The notes under the pieces: model-generated
What the model was told of the DNA's origin: nothing
Databases searched by the model: none
The model's input: the letters and a program-made list of their open reading frames with translations, nothing else
Position numbers and translations under genes: made by a program
Shown: positions 38,078-51,274 of the stretch, in pieces
Position numbering within the stretch: position 1 is the stretch's first letter
Layout of the letters: each line of letters starts with the position of its first letter
Assembly (NCBI RefSeq): GCF_963921235.1
Contig: NC_086108.1
Span: forward strand, 7,564,001-7,628,000
Reading direction: 5' to 3'
Source of the DNA: Mobula hypostoma
Taxonomy: Eukaryota
DNA length: 64,000 bases

Positions 38078-38338
38078 GGGCACATGGTAGCACAGTGGTT
38101 AGCACAATGCTTTCCAATACAATACAGGCGATCTGGGTTCAATTCCCTCTGCTGCCCGTAGGGAGTTTGTATGTTCTCTCCATGACCTCCCACATCCAAA
38201 GATGTACCAGTCGGTAGGTTAATTGGTCATTGTAAATTGTTCCATGATTAGTCTAGTATTAAATAGGGGGATTGCTGGATGGCGTGGCTAGAAGAGCTGG
38301 AAGGATCTATTCTGCGCTATATCTCAATAAAAGAATAA
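38078..38338 (+). mobile_element. V-SINE
   Basis: A-box 'tagcacagtggttagcac', B-box 'gggttcaattcc', V-domain 'ggagtttgtatgttctc...cccacatccaaagatgt'. Confidence 0.8.
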
Positions 38339-38704
38339 AAATCTTAAAAGCTACCAATTCAACCACCCCATTAACCACCTCTACCCCATCTGGTGAAGAG
38401 CCTGTGGTTCACACATTGACCTGATTAGTCAACCTCAGAACCCACAAAACTAGGGATGGAGCAAGTTCCTCTCAACTCCCTAAGAAGGAAGATATCCCTA
38501 AGATAGCTATATGGTCAGGAAAGGAATGGAGGGTTATGGGCTGAGTGCAGGTCGATGGGACTAGGTGAGAGTAAGAGTTCGGCATGGACTAGAAGGGCCG
38601 AGATGGCCTGTTTCCGTGCTGTAATTGTTATATGGTTATAAGGAAGGATGTAAACTACAAAAGAAAATTTTGCCATTTAAAATAAACACGGTAGAATTAT
38701 TATT

Positions 38705-38953
38705 TTATTTGGAGATATAGCATGGTACAGGCACTTCCGGCCCAGCAACCCACCCATTTAACCCTAGTCTAATCACAGAACAATTTACAATGACCAATTA
38801 AACCACTAATCAGTGAGTCTTTGGTTTGTGGGAGGAAACCAGAGCACCCGGAGGAAACCCACGCGCACATGGGAAGAATTAATAACCTTTTTTTTTACAG
38901 AGGACACTGGAATTGAACTCTGAAATCCCAAGCTATAACAGCAATGCACCAAC
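38705..38953 (-). mobile_element. V-SINE
   Basis: 'tgtgggaggaaaccagagcacccggaggaaacccacgcg' = antisense V-domain. Confidence 0.8.
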
Positions 38954-39199
38954 CAGAATCAGATTTAATATCACCGTTGTGAAATTTGTTAACTTTGCTC
39001 AGCAGTACAAACCAATATATGATAAATATAGAAAAAAAATCCAAATTACAGTAAGTATATTAAATAGTTAAAATAAGTAGTGTTCATGGATTCAATGTCC
39101 AATCGGATGGCAGAGGGTAAGAAGCTGTTCCTGAATCATTGAGTGTGTGCCTTCAGACTTCTGTACCTCCTTCCCAATGGTAGCGAAGACAGGACAGTT

Positions 39200-41272
39200 G
39201 GTAAGAACAAATAAAAAGGCAGGGGCAAGTGCAGCGGCCATCATCTGAGTGGACATACAGCAGTGCTCTTAAAGCTTTAGCTCTTTGAAGCTTCAGTGAA
39301 GAGAAGCAATGGAAAGAAAAGGTCAAGTTTTTTTTCCTTCTCTTCATTATATCCGCTCTGCTAGGACAGGAGAGACATCAGGCAGGGTAGTGCAATGCTC
39401 TTCTTGCAGGATATGCAGGGAAACCTCCAGTATCTCTGACCACAACTGTGAGCTTCTAACAAACTGCATCCAGGAGCTGCAGCTGAAACTGGATGAGCTC
39501 CGGATCATGCGGGATGCTGAAAGGTGATAGATAGGACATATAGAGAGGTGGTAACTCCCAAGGTGCGGGACACAGGAAACTGGGTGACAGTCAGGAAGGG
39601 GAAAGGGGTTAAGGAGCCAGTGTAGAGTACCCCTGTGGCCATCCCCCTCAACAACAGGACAACAGGCATATCACTTCGGCTATTGTTGGGTGGTGGGGGG
39701 GTTGGGTGGATGATCTAACAGAGGAAAGTCACAGTGGTTGAATCTCTGGCACTGAGTTTGCCTCTGTGACTCAGAAGGGAAGGGAAGAGAAGGGGCATGC
39801 TGTGGTGAGAGGGGATTTGTTAGTTAGGGAAATGGACAGGAGATTCTGTGGGCGAGAACAAAATTCCCGGATTGTATGTTGCTTCCTGGGGGCCAGCGTC
39901 TGGGATATCTCGGATCGAGTCCTCAGCATTCTTAAGTGGAGGGTGAACAGCCAGAAGTCGTGGTCCATGTAGATACCAATGACATGGGTAAGACAAGTGA
40001 CAAGGTTTTGCATAATGAGTTCAGGAGTTAGGTGCTAAATTAAAGGGCAGGACCTTCAGGGTTGTGATCTCAGGATTGCTACTCATGCCATGTGCTAGTG
40101 AGGCTAGAACTTGGAAGGTTGTACAGTTTAATGGAGGGAGGGCATAAGATTTTTGGGTCATTGGGCTCTGTTCCAGGGAAGGTGGGACCTGTACAGAAGA
40201 GATGGTTTGCACCTGAACTGGAGGGGTCTAATTTCCTAGCTGAAAGGTTTGTTAATGTTGCACAGTGGGTTTTAAACTAGAGTTGCAGGAGGATGGGAAC
40301 CAGAGTGCCGAAAAGTTAGCGGAGAGGTTGCGGAGGCAGATGTTGGTAAGACATCAAACAAAGTTAGTAATCAATAGGTTGAGCACTGTGTGACGAGTCC
40401 TGAGTTGCCTATATTTAAATCAAGAAGTATCATAGGAAAGGTAGATAATAGTGATTAAGATGAGGTAGCTGGTTTACAAACAGGGGCAATGTGTAGTGAG
40501 GAGAGGCTGTTGGTAGATCAAAATTGCAGTCACCAGGATGAGTTGCAATGTAAAAGACGGACAATATTGAAAAGGGTGAATACACGACTGAAGGTATCGT
40601 ATCTGAATGTGCGCAGTATACAAAATGAGGTATATTAACTTGCAGCACTGTTGCAGATTGGCAGGTATGATGTTGTAGGCATCACTGAATCATGGTTGAA
40701 AGATTAGGGCTGGGAGCTTTATATGCGAGGATACACGTATCGAAAGGACAGGCAGGAAAGCAGATGGGGTGGTGTCACTCTGTTGATAAAAAATTAAATC
40801 AAATCATGAGAAAGAGGTGACATAGGGCAGAAGATGTTGAATCGTTGTGGATACAGCTAAGGAACTGCATGGGTAAAAAATACCCTGACGGACCCCCAAA
40901 CAATTGTAAGGAAGTGGCCTACAAATTACAACGCGAAATAGAAAATGCATGCCAAAAGGGCAACATTACGATAGTCATGGGGGATTTCAATATGCAGACA
41001 GATTGGGAAAATCGTTTTGGATTACAGGACGGGGAATTTCTAGAGTGCCTATGAGGTGACTTTTTAGAGCAGCTCATGGTTGAGCCCACTGGAGGATCAG
41101 CTATTCTGGGTTGGGAGTTGTGCAATGAACCAGAATTGATCAGACAGCTTAAAGTAAAAGAACCCTTGGGGCAAGTGATCATAATAAAATTGAATTCAGC
41201 CTGAAATTTGAGAAGGAGAAGCTAAAGTCAGATGCATCAGTACAACAGTGGAGTAAAGGGAATTACAAAGGC
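39200..41272 (+). mobile_element. CR1 LINE 5' half: ORF1 (zinc finger/leucine zipper plus SGNH esterase) and ORF2 APE endonuclease, decayed
   Basis: VQCSSC...IQELQLKLDELRIMRDAE; AVVRGDLLVREMDRRFCGRE..SRIVCCFLGA; YLNVRSI..YDVVGITESWL; IVMGDFNMQTDW. Confidence 0.9.
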
Positions 41273-41274
41273 AC

Positions 41275-43190
41275 GATCTCACAATAGGTCAATGGCAGAC
41301 GCAATCTCAATGGTTCTTCACACAGCTTTAGACCACCTGGACAACACAAACACCAATGTCAGGATGCTGTTCATCGACTATAGTTCAGCATTTAATAACA
41401 TCATTCCCACAATCCTGATAGAGAAGGTACAGAACCTGGTACTCTGTACCTTCCTCTGCAACTGGATCCTCAACTTCCGAACCGGAAGACCACAATCTGT
41501 GCGGATTGGTGATAACATCTCCTCCTCACTGACGATCAACACTGGCGCACCTCAGGGGTGTGTGCTTAGCCCACTGCTCTACTCTCTCTATACCCATGAC
41601 TGTGTGGCTGGGCATAGCTCAAATACCACCTATAAATTTGCTGATGATACAACCATTGTTGGTAGAATCTCAGATGGCATCGAGAGGGCATAAAGGAGAG
41701 AGATATACCAACTAGTGGACTGGTGTCGCAGTAACAACCTGGTACTCAGTGTCGCTAAGACGAAAGAGCTGATTGTGGATTTCAGGAAGGGTAAGTCGAA
41801 GGAACATATACCAATCTTTATAGAGGGATCAGAGGGAGAGAGGGATCGGGAGGGGGCGGGGCGAGAAGAGGGGGAGGGGGATAGATTGATTGATAGATAT
41901 GTCAAGGTCTCTGAGGACCTCACCTGATCCCAACATATCGATGCAGTTATAAAGGAGGCAAGACAGCAACTATACTTCATTAGGCGTTTATAGAGATTTG
42001 GTATGTCAACAAATAGTCAGAGAAGATGGCAATGCAATGCAGCGCGCAGCGGCCACTCCGGAATGAACATCTGTAATCTGTCAAGTAGGATGCTGTGCAC
42101 AATCCTGATTTGACGGAGATGGACATGAGAAGCACGGAGGAACATCTGGTGAAACTTCTGAAATGCCTGTTTCGCTGCCGCTGCTACTGTGCGATCCGAA
42201 TCTCCAGAGGGGAAGGCCCTGAATCGCTCGGCAGAGATGTTGCTCGGTGTTGGAGGGCTGGTCGGAGGCTCGAAGTTTTCGGACGGACTCAGAGTCGGCT
42301 GTGGTCGGGTGCTGCATCGGCAAGTTTGCGGTGCTGGCGGTTCATGGCAAGGAGAGTTTTTCTTCCTTCTACCGTCTGCGTGAGATGATGGGGCTATCGG
42401 GACTTTGAGACTTTTTTTTTACCGTGCCCATGGTCTGCTCTTATCAAATTACAGTATTGCTTTGCACTGTTGTAACTATATGTTATAATTATGTGGTTTT
42501 TGTCAGTTTTAGCCTTGGTCTGTCTTGTGTTTCTGTGATATCATACTGGAGGAACATTGTATTATTTCTTAATGCATGCATTACTAAATGACAATAAACG
42601 AGGACTGCGTGTCCTCATAATCTAATCTAAAGTACACTCAAAAACTTCTATAGATGTACCATAGAGAGCATTCTGACAGGCTGCATCACTGACTGGTATG
42701 TGGGGTGGGGGCAGGGGTGCTACTGCACAGGACTGAAAGAAGCTACAGAGGATTGTACATTTAATCAGCCCCATCTTGGTACTAGCCTGCAAAGTACCCA
42801 GGACATCTTCAAGGAACGGTGTCTCAGAAAGGCAGCGTCCATTATTATGGACTCCTGCACCCAGCGCATGCCCTTTTCTCACTGTTACCATCAGGTAGGA
42901 GGTATAGAAGCCTGAAGGGACACACTCAGCGATTCAGGAACAGCTTCTTCCCCTCTGTTATCCGATTCCTAAAAGGACATTGAACCCTTGAACAGTACCT
43001 CACTTTTTAATTATATACTATTTCTGTTTTTTGCACAATTTTTAATATATTCAATATACAGATACTGTAACTTATTTATTATTATTTTATTTATTTTTTT
43101 TTGTTCTATATTATATATTGCATTAAACTACTGCTGCTAAGTTAACAAATTTCACAACGCATGCCGGTGATAATAAACCTGATTCTGATG
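41275..43190 (+). mobile_element. Rex1/Babar LINE, about 1.3 kb of RT and 3' end, interrupted by a 600-bp insertion
   Basis: NRSMADAI...[13 protein letters not shown]...[20 protein letters not shown]...[10 protein letters not shown]; tail 'aataaacctgattctga'. Confidence 0.92.
42020..42630 (+). mobile_element. Non-coding ~600-bp retro-insertion (AAGATGGC head, AATAAA plus (ATCTA)n tail)
   Basis: Host Rex sequence 'ggtatgtcaacaaata' resumes as 'tacactcaaaaacttctatagatgtacc'; CpG-rich body. Confidence 0.7.
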
Positions 43191-43219
43191 AGAGAAGAAT
43201 CGGCCAGCACTGATTGGAA

Positions 43220-44062
43220 AAGAACAATCTGTTGCAAAGTTTGCAGAGGATATGAAGACAGGTGGAGAGGTAGGTAGTTTTGAGGAAATAGAGAGGCTAC
43301 AGAAGGACAGACAGATTAGGAGAATGGGCAAAGTATTGGCAGATGGAATACACTTGTTGGGAGGTGTATGGTCATGCGCTTTGGTAGAAGAAAAGAAAGG
43401 GTTGACTATTTTCTAATTGGAGAGAAAATACAAAAAAAACTGAGACACAAAGGAGCTTGGGAGTCCTTGGGTAGGATTCCCTTAAGACTAATTTGCAGGT
43501 TGAGTCTGTGGTGAGGAAGACAAATGCACCGTTAGCATTCATTTCAACAGGATTAGAATGTAAAAGCAAGAATATAACATTGAAACTTTATAAAGTACCG
43601 GTGTACTGTGAACAGGTTTGGTCCTTTTATGTGCTGGAACATGACGGGGTTCAAAGGAGGTTAACGAAAATGATTCCAGGATTGAATGGCTTGTCATATG
43701 AAGAGTGTCTTATGGCTCTGGGCCTGTATTCACCAGAATTCAGAAGAATGAGGGGTGACCTCATTGAATATTATCAAATAGTAAAATGCCTTGATAGAGT
43801 GGATGGGAGAGGACGTTTCCTATGGTGGAAGAGTCTAAGACCAGAGGGCAACCTCAGAATGGAGGGGCGTCCTTTTAGAATGGAGATGAGGAGTTTCTTT
43901 AGCCAAAGAGTGGTGAATCCATGGAATTCTTTGCCAAAGGCAGCTGTGGAGGCTAAATTTTATGGATATTTAAGGCAGAGACTGATAGATTCTAAACTGG
44001 TTCAGGGCATGAAGGGATACAGGGAGAAGGCAGGAGACTGGGCTGAGAGAAACAATGGATCA
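43220..44062 (+). mobile_element. CR1 LINE RT C-terminus
   Basis: KFAEDMKTGG; ORF 43493-44080 GVQRRLTKMIPGLNGLSYEE...FRRMRGDLIE. Confidence 0.88.
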
Positions 44063-44934
44063 GGAAGGGTCTTGGCCTGAAATGTTGACTGTACTCTTTT
44101 CCAAAGATGCTGCCTGGCCTGCTGAGTTCCACCAGCATTTTGTGTGTGTTCCTTGGATTTCTAGCACCTGCAGATTTTTTCTTGTCAGCCACGATAAAAT
44201 GGCAGAGTAGATGTGACGGGCCAAATGGCCTAATTCTGCTTCTGTTTCTTTTGGTCTTATTGGAGGGCATGTCCTGGGTGGTCAGGCCCTTAATGATGGA
44301 CACCACCTTCCTGGGGCACTGTAGCTTGGTTACTACAGAGGCTAGTACCCATGATGGAACCACTACGCCACTGTGGCATAGATTATCATTTCATGCCAGC
44401 ACCAATCATCGCTCCTGAAGAAACAGAGGCACCAAAGCAGAGGACTGGCACCGTTCCCACATCTTGCCCAAATGTCTTACAGTCAGCTCACTCTGCCTGG
44501 AATATCATAGCCCAAATAGTGGTGTTGATAACAGCCAGCAATGTACCCTCAGGTTCCTGCTGATGCAGCAGGAGACTGGGCTGAGGATTCACACATACAC
44601 TGCTCTCTGTCAGTGAGGTGGAGGAGGGCACACTATATTGTACTTTGAAAAGCAATAGCAGTTTGGAGTAATGGGTGCTTTCTGTCAAATGTGGTGACAC
44701 CACTGTAATTGTCTGCCACGCAGCTGCCTCTATCCAGTAACCCTTGTCATTCTTCTCCTCAGTATCCTAAAACAGATCTATGTTGGCTAGTTTACAGCAG
44801 GAATTTTCATCTTTTGCACTCGGTGGTTCCTTTATTAGGGACACCTGCATGTGACCCTTTATTGTAAAAGGATTTAAGTACAAACATTTTATATGGGACT
44901 TGGATCTTCTCATCTTAAAAACAAGGATATATCT

Positions 44935-45445
44935 GCTGCAAAAAAGTGGTGGATATTTCCTGGTCAATCATGGGTAAAGCCCTCCCCACGATTCAGTACA
45001 TCGACATTAAATGCTATCGCAGGAAAGCAGCATCCATCGTTAGGGACCCTAACCACACAGGCCATGCTCTCTTGTCGCTGCTGCCATCAGCAAGAAGGTA
45101 CAGGAACACCAGGACTCACACCACCAGGTTTAGGAACAGTTATTAACTCTCAACCATCAGGCTCCTGAACCATTAGGGATAGCAACATTTGCTCCTTCAC
45201 TGAAATGGTCCACAACCACTGGACTTGCTTTCAAGGATTCTTCACCTCACATTCTCGATAGTTATTGCTCATTTAATAATCATTATTATTTCTTTCCCTT
45301 TGTATTTGCCATTTGTTGTTCTCTGCACTCTAGTTGAACGCCCAAATTGGTGCTGTTTTCCATTGATTCTGTTATTATTTTACAGATTTATTGAGTGTAC
45401 TCACAAGAAAATGAATCTCTGGGTTGTATGTAAGTATTTAATTAT
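44935..45445 (+). mobile_element. Rex1/Babar 3' fragment
   Basis: RRKAASIVRDPNHTGHALLSLLPSARRYRNTRTHTTRFRNSY. Confidence 0.85.
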
Positions 45446-46239
45446 TGAGTTACAGCACAGAATGGGTTCCTTCGATCAGGGCCACCTAAAAACTGCTGAT
45501 TTAACCCTTGCCTAAGCATGGGACAGTTTGCATTGACCACTTAAAACTACTAACTGGTACATCTTTGGACTGTGGGAGGAAACCTATACGGTCACAGGGA
45601 GAGCGTACAAGCTCCTGACAGACAGCGATGGAAATTGAACCCTGATCGCTGGTATTGTAAAGCATTGTGCTGACCGCTATGTTATCTATACATGTACTTT
45701 CATAATAAAATTGACTTTCAACTTTCAGAGGGTTTGTGGTATGGGTTATTTGTTGCACGGAGAGAGACTGGGAAACCTCGGTCTTTATTCTCTAGAGCTT
45801 AAAGGATGAACTTATTGAAACATACTAAGTTCTTAGAGAGTTTGAAGAATAGTTCTGGTTCACCTGCATAATTTTGTATATGTCTATCACAAATTTCTAT
45901 GCTCCAAAGGAAACAAACCCAGCCCATGCAGTCTCCAGCAACGCTCCACTGAACCTCTTTATCCATTATAGAATAATAACCATAACAGAATCAATGAAAG
46001 ACCACCCAACTAGGGTGCTCAACTGGAGTGCAGAAGACAACAAACTGCAAATACAAAGAGAAAAAAAATTAATAAATAGAGTGCAGAGCGCACACATGAG
46101 ACACAGGAGCAGAATCAGACATTTGGCCCATCCACTGCACTCCAGCATTCAGTCATGGCTGATTTATTATCCCTCTCAAACTTATGCTCTTGTCTTCTCC
46201 CTGTAACCTTTGATGTCCTGATTAATCAAGAACTGATCA

Positions 46240-46810
46240 TTTGAGGCCCTCCACAGGTAGGGATCAACCATTGATGTTACGTCCTAGCTGTCTAGGCGAT
46301 ACATAAGCCAGTATGCAAGCCAGGGCAGTACGAGTGGAGAGCAAGCTGTTGCCCCACACAGGCTACCATTCTCCATACAGCTGATGAATCCAAAAGAACA
46401 GCACAGGCTGATGCAGCTGGGCACCAGCAGTGTTGCAGGAGTTACCAGTCAGTGTTCAAATCAGTGTAGGACTGCCTTAGGGCCTCCATCTCCGGATCTT
46501 TCCTTGGGTTTACTCCCAAAGACTTCCTCATGTGTGGGTATAGTCGTAAGGCAGTGGAAGTTTGAGATCAGAGTTTTCCTTCTCCTAGCTGAGCTGCCAA
46601 CCACAATTGACGAGCCCCTTCTGTCTGGAGCGACTGGTTTTAAGGCACCAGTAACCCACCTTTGCCCCTTCTCCTGTCAGTAGAAACAGTTCTGCTGGGC
46701 TTAGTAGCTAAGCCACACATGAAGGCCAGGAGCTGGTCTCAGATGTCAGAGGCTATTTGAGACATGCAGCATTAGGATCATTTAAAAGGTAAAGGGAGCT
46801 TATCCCTAGC
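46240..46810 (-). mobile_element. RTE (BovB-like) LINE 5' UTR
   Basis: 'gatcagagttttccttctcctagctgagctgccaacc...gacgagcccc' resembles the antisense RTE/BovB 5' UTR as I recall it. Confidence 0.6.
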
Positions 46811-46854
46811 TATAATAATCTTAAGGAACCAGTAACCGATCAACCTCCGCTTTA

Positions 46855-47460
46855 CAGCTTTAAGTTCCTCGGCATCCACATCACCGAGGACCTCACGTGG
46901 TCTGTAACACCAGCTGTGTCAACAGTGTCTCTTTCACCTCAGACGGTTGAGGACGTTTCGTATGGACCCCCAAATCCTGAGAACTTTCTACAGAGGATCA
47001 ATTGAGAGCATCCTGACTGGCTGCATCACTGCCTGGTACGGGAACTGTACCTCCCTTAATTGCAGGGTTCTGCAGAGAGTAGTGCGGACAGCCCAGCACA
47101 TCTGTAGTTGCGAACTTCCCATGATTCAGGACATTTACAAGGACATGTGTGTAAAAAGGGCCCGTAGGATCACTGGGATCCCAAACCATCCCAACCACAA
47201 TCTATTCCAGCTGCTACCATCCGGGAAGCAATACTGCAGCATAAAAGCCAGGACCAACAGGCTCCGGGACAGCTTTTTCCACGAGGCCATTAGACTGATT
47301 ATCTCATGCTGATTTGAGTGTACTCTGTATTACACTGACTGTTCTATTTAATATAAATTACTATGAATGCACTTTGCACATTTAGATGGAGACGTAACGT
47401 GAAGATTTTTACTCCTCATGTATGTGAAGGATGCAAGAAATAAAGTCAATTCAATTCAAT
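46855..47460 (+). mobile_element. Rex1/Babar fragment, (TCAAT)n tail
   Basis: ORF 46947-47312 ILRTFYRGSIESILTGCITAWYGNC...RTNRLRDSFFHEAIRL. Confidence 0.9.
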
Positions 47461-47541
47461 ATACCCAATGACTTGGATTCCACAGTCAGCTGTAGCAATG
47501 AATTCCACAGACTCAGCACCCTCTGGCTAAAGAAATTCCTC

Positions 47542-48177
47542 ACTGCTAGAGGGATTGAATTCAAGAGCAGGAAGGTCATGCTGCAACTATACAGAGTACT
47601 GGTGAAGCCGCACCTGGAGTACTGTGTGAAGTTCTGGTCTTCATACTTGAGGAAGGATATATTGGCTTTGGAGGTAGTGCAGAGGAGGTTCACCAGGTTG
47701 ATTCAAGATGAAGGGGTTAACCTATGAGGAGAGATTGAGTCACCTGGGACTATACTCTCTGGAATTCAGAAGAATGAGAGGGGATCTTATAGAAACATAC
47801 AAAATTTTGAAAGGGATAGATAAGATAGAAGTAGAAAAGTTGTTTCCATTGGTAGGTGAGACTAGAACTAGGGGACATTGCCTCAAGATTCAGGGGAGAA
47901 GATTTAGGACGGAGATGAGGAGAAACTGTTTTTCCCAGAGAGTGGTGAATCTGCGGAATTCTCTGCCCAGGGAAGCAGTTGAGGCCTCTTCACTAAATAT
48001 ATTTACGATACAGTTAGATGGATTTTTACATAGTAGGGGAATTAAGGGTTATGGGGAAAAGGCAGGTAGATGGAGCTGAGTTTACGGACAGATCAGCCAT
48101 GATCTTATTGAATGGCGGGGCAGGCTCGATGGGCTGGATGGCCTACTCCTGCTCCTATTTCTTATGTTCTTATGTTC
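47542..48177 (+). mobile_element. Young CR1 3' fragment nested in an older antisense CR1 (47460-48480)
   Basis: ARGIEFKSRKVMLQLYRVLVKPHLEYC...ORF to stop at 48079, tail (TTATGTTC)n; host resumes 'atctctgttctaaag'. Confidence 0.9.
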
Positions 48178-48644
48178 ATCATCTCTGTTCTAAAGAGAAG
48201 TCTTTGAACTCTAGGCTCCGCACTCTGGTCTTAGGGTCTCGCACTATAGGAAGTATCTTCTCCATGTCCACTCTACCTAGGACTTTCAATATTCGGTAGG
48301 TTTCAACAAGATCTGCTCTTTATTCTTCTAAACTCCAGTAAGTGCAGGCCCAAAGCCATCAAATGCTCCCTTTCAGTCCAGGGATCATTCTTGTGAACCT
48401 CCTCTGGACCCTCTCCAACGCCAGCATATCCTTTCTTAGATAATGGGCCCAAAACTGCTCACAATGCTCCAAGTGCTCCTTCCTATAGAAAGCACATGCT
48501 ACTACAGCCGTGGCACAACGAACAATCATATTTAAATCTAATATTTAAAAAAAATTCACATTTCAACACAAATACAACATTTAATATTTCAAAACATTTA
48601 AATTTGTAACATGTTGCATATTTGTACAATAAACTCCCTATTCT

Positions 48645-49612
48645 TATGTGCTTAGCCCCCTGCTCTCCTTGCTTTATGACTTTGGAGCTAAGCACAGCTC
48701 CAATGCCATTTTTAAGTTTGCTGATGACACCACTGTTGTGGGCCGAATCAAAGGTGGTGATGGATCAGCATACAGGATGGAGACTGAAAATCTGGCCGAG
48801 TGGTGTCATAACAACAACCTCTCACACAATGTCAGCAAAACCAAGGAACTAATTATAGACTTCAGGAGAGGGAAAACAGAGGAGAGGTAGAGAGGGTTGC
48901 AACTTTTAAATTCCTGGGTGTTACTGTTTCAGAGGACCTGTCCTGGACCCACCATGTAAATGCAATTACAAAGAAAGCACAGCAGTACCTCTTCTGCTTT
49001 AGGAGCTTGTAGAGATTTGGCATGACATCTAAAACATTGACAAACTTCTATAGATGTGTGGTGGAGAGTATATTGACTGGCTGCATTACAGCCTGGTATT
49101 GAAACACCAATACCTTTGAACAGAAAATCCTACAAAAGGCAGTGGATTCAGCCCAATACATCACGGGTAAAGCTCTGCCAACCTCTGAACACATCTACAT
49201 GAAACATTGTCAAAGGAAAGCAACATCCATCATCAGAGGTCCCCACCACCCAGAACATGCTCTCTTCTCACTGCTGTCCATTCTCACAGGAGCCTCAGGA
49301 CTCACACCACCAGGTTCAAGAACAGTTACTACCCCTCAACCATCAGGCTGTTGAACCAAAGGCGATAACTACACTTACTTCCCACAACCAATGATCTCAC
49401 TTTACTGACTCTATCTCAAGTTCTCATTATTCATTGCTATTTATTAATATTTACATTTGCATTTTGTTGTCTTCTGCACTCTGGTTGATTTTCCTTGATC
49501 CTGTTATAGTTACTATTGTATAGATTTGCTGAGTTTGCCCATTAGAAAATGAATCTCAGGGTTGTATGTGTTGACATATATCTACTATGATGATAAAACT
49601 TACTTTGAACTT
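48645..49612 (+). mobile_element. Rex1/Babar LINE fragment
   Basis: LSPLL...IFKFADDTTVVGRI...NVSKTKELIIDFRR. Confidence 0.88.
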
Positions 49613-49924
49613 GGGAATCACAGGTTATTGGGTTAAGGGTGAAAGGTGAAATGTTTATGGGGAACATGACGGGGTACTTCTCATGTGTGAAATGAGCTGT
49701 CATCGAAATAAGTGGATGAGGATTCGATTTCCACATTTAAAGGAAATTTATATAGGTTCACGGATGGGCTATGGTTCAGGTGCAGGTTGTTGGGACTAGC
49801 AGATTAATAGTTTGTCATGGACTAGAAGGACCGAAAGGCCAGTCTGTAATGTTCTATGACTCTATGAAATAAATAGTCTAACATTCTGGAGAGAGAATCA
49901 CACACGTTGAGACATGATGGTGAC

Positions 49925-50135
49925 ATGGCTCACAGTGTTGTACTGCCAACTGAGTCAAGAGTTGTAGATTTGAGATCTATTCCAGAGTCTTCAAGGTGTA
50001 ACCAAGGTCAACCTCAAATGACAATATTGAGGATCGTTTCATTGCTGGAGTTTTTGAAATGTAGATGAAGTACTGAACCATTCCAGGTGATGACAGACGA
50101 TGTGACCTCTATTCAGAACAGCAGACCAATTCTCC
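49925..50135 (+). mobile_element. Highly decayed SacSINE1-like (Deu-SINE) relic
   Basis: 'ctgagtcaagagttgtagatttgag..tattccagag...tgagg...gatgaagtactgaacc' has the same order as 34480-34620. Confidence 0.4.
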
Positions 50136-51274
50136 AGAGCAACACACACAAAATGCTGGAGGAACTCAGCAGGTCAGGCAGCAACTATGGAAGGGAATAA
50201 GCCGAGACCCTTCATCAAGACAAAGTACAATGAGAAGAATTCTATCCAATGTAGATGATAATTTTCTGCTGCTACATGTATTTGTTGCTTTCTTTTCCGC
50301 ACACATAGTTACTACCGTTTTTGTATATTGACTGCAATGTGCCTGCAGTATTGGACTGTGAAAGAATTTAAAAGATTCAAAGTACATTTATTAGTACTAG
50401 GTATGCAGAATACAACCCTGAGATTCATCTTCCTCCAGTCAGCCAAGAAACAAGGAACCATGGGGTCTGTTCAAAGAAAAAAAAACTCACCATGCTAAAA
50501 CAAAATTGTGCAAACGGTAACAAAAAAACGATCAAAAACATAGAATATAAAACACAAAATCAAAAGGCATATTTCAGCTAAGTGTTCGTTATCTGCAGGC
50601 CATCTCAATTCAAAAACAACCCAAAAAATAGCAACAAAATAAGGAGCGTCCAGAAGGTTGAACATATCATACACATGAAGTAGAGTCCACAATCCACAAA
50701 CCACGTCGATTAAACCTTGTTCTAGCACTTTCCTCCGACAGCAGCGAGGGAGAGACCATCGCACACGGACACCCTCCTACGGCAGCAGTGAGTGAGAGGC
50801 TGGTAGACGGTGCTGAAAACTCGTTTGCCCCTGCATCCGCCTTGATGTTTTCAATCGGTGAGATTGACGAGAGGTGGAGTCAATCATGGCGGTAGTGTCC
50901 GTCTCCGTCTCCATGCTTCCTGGCCACCAGGCCTCACGCTTTGCTCGCAGCCTCATGGAACCCCCTCAGACACGGCCAAGTGCCAGATCACCCAATCAGT
51001 CGAAAACACACCACCAGAATGTAGATTACAGGCTCTTGCAAACAAAAGCCATTAATCTTTCTAATTTTTTCCACGGAAGGGAGGAGGCACCATCATTTCC
51101 AAAATCCTCTGCAGCTTGACTTCAGTCAGGGCCTACTTATAGCCAGACTATGGAGGGTACACAAATGAATGAAAGCTCGTGAATTTGATTTGCTGACCAC
51201 CTAACTGCCACACACTTTCTGAAAATTAGGATCCAGGAAAGAGCTGAAAGACAATGCTTGGTCTATAAACAAAT

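Noticed and set aside
43493..44080. Longest ORF (195 aa)
   Set aside because: Decayed CR1 ORF2 C-terminus, not a cellular gene
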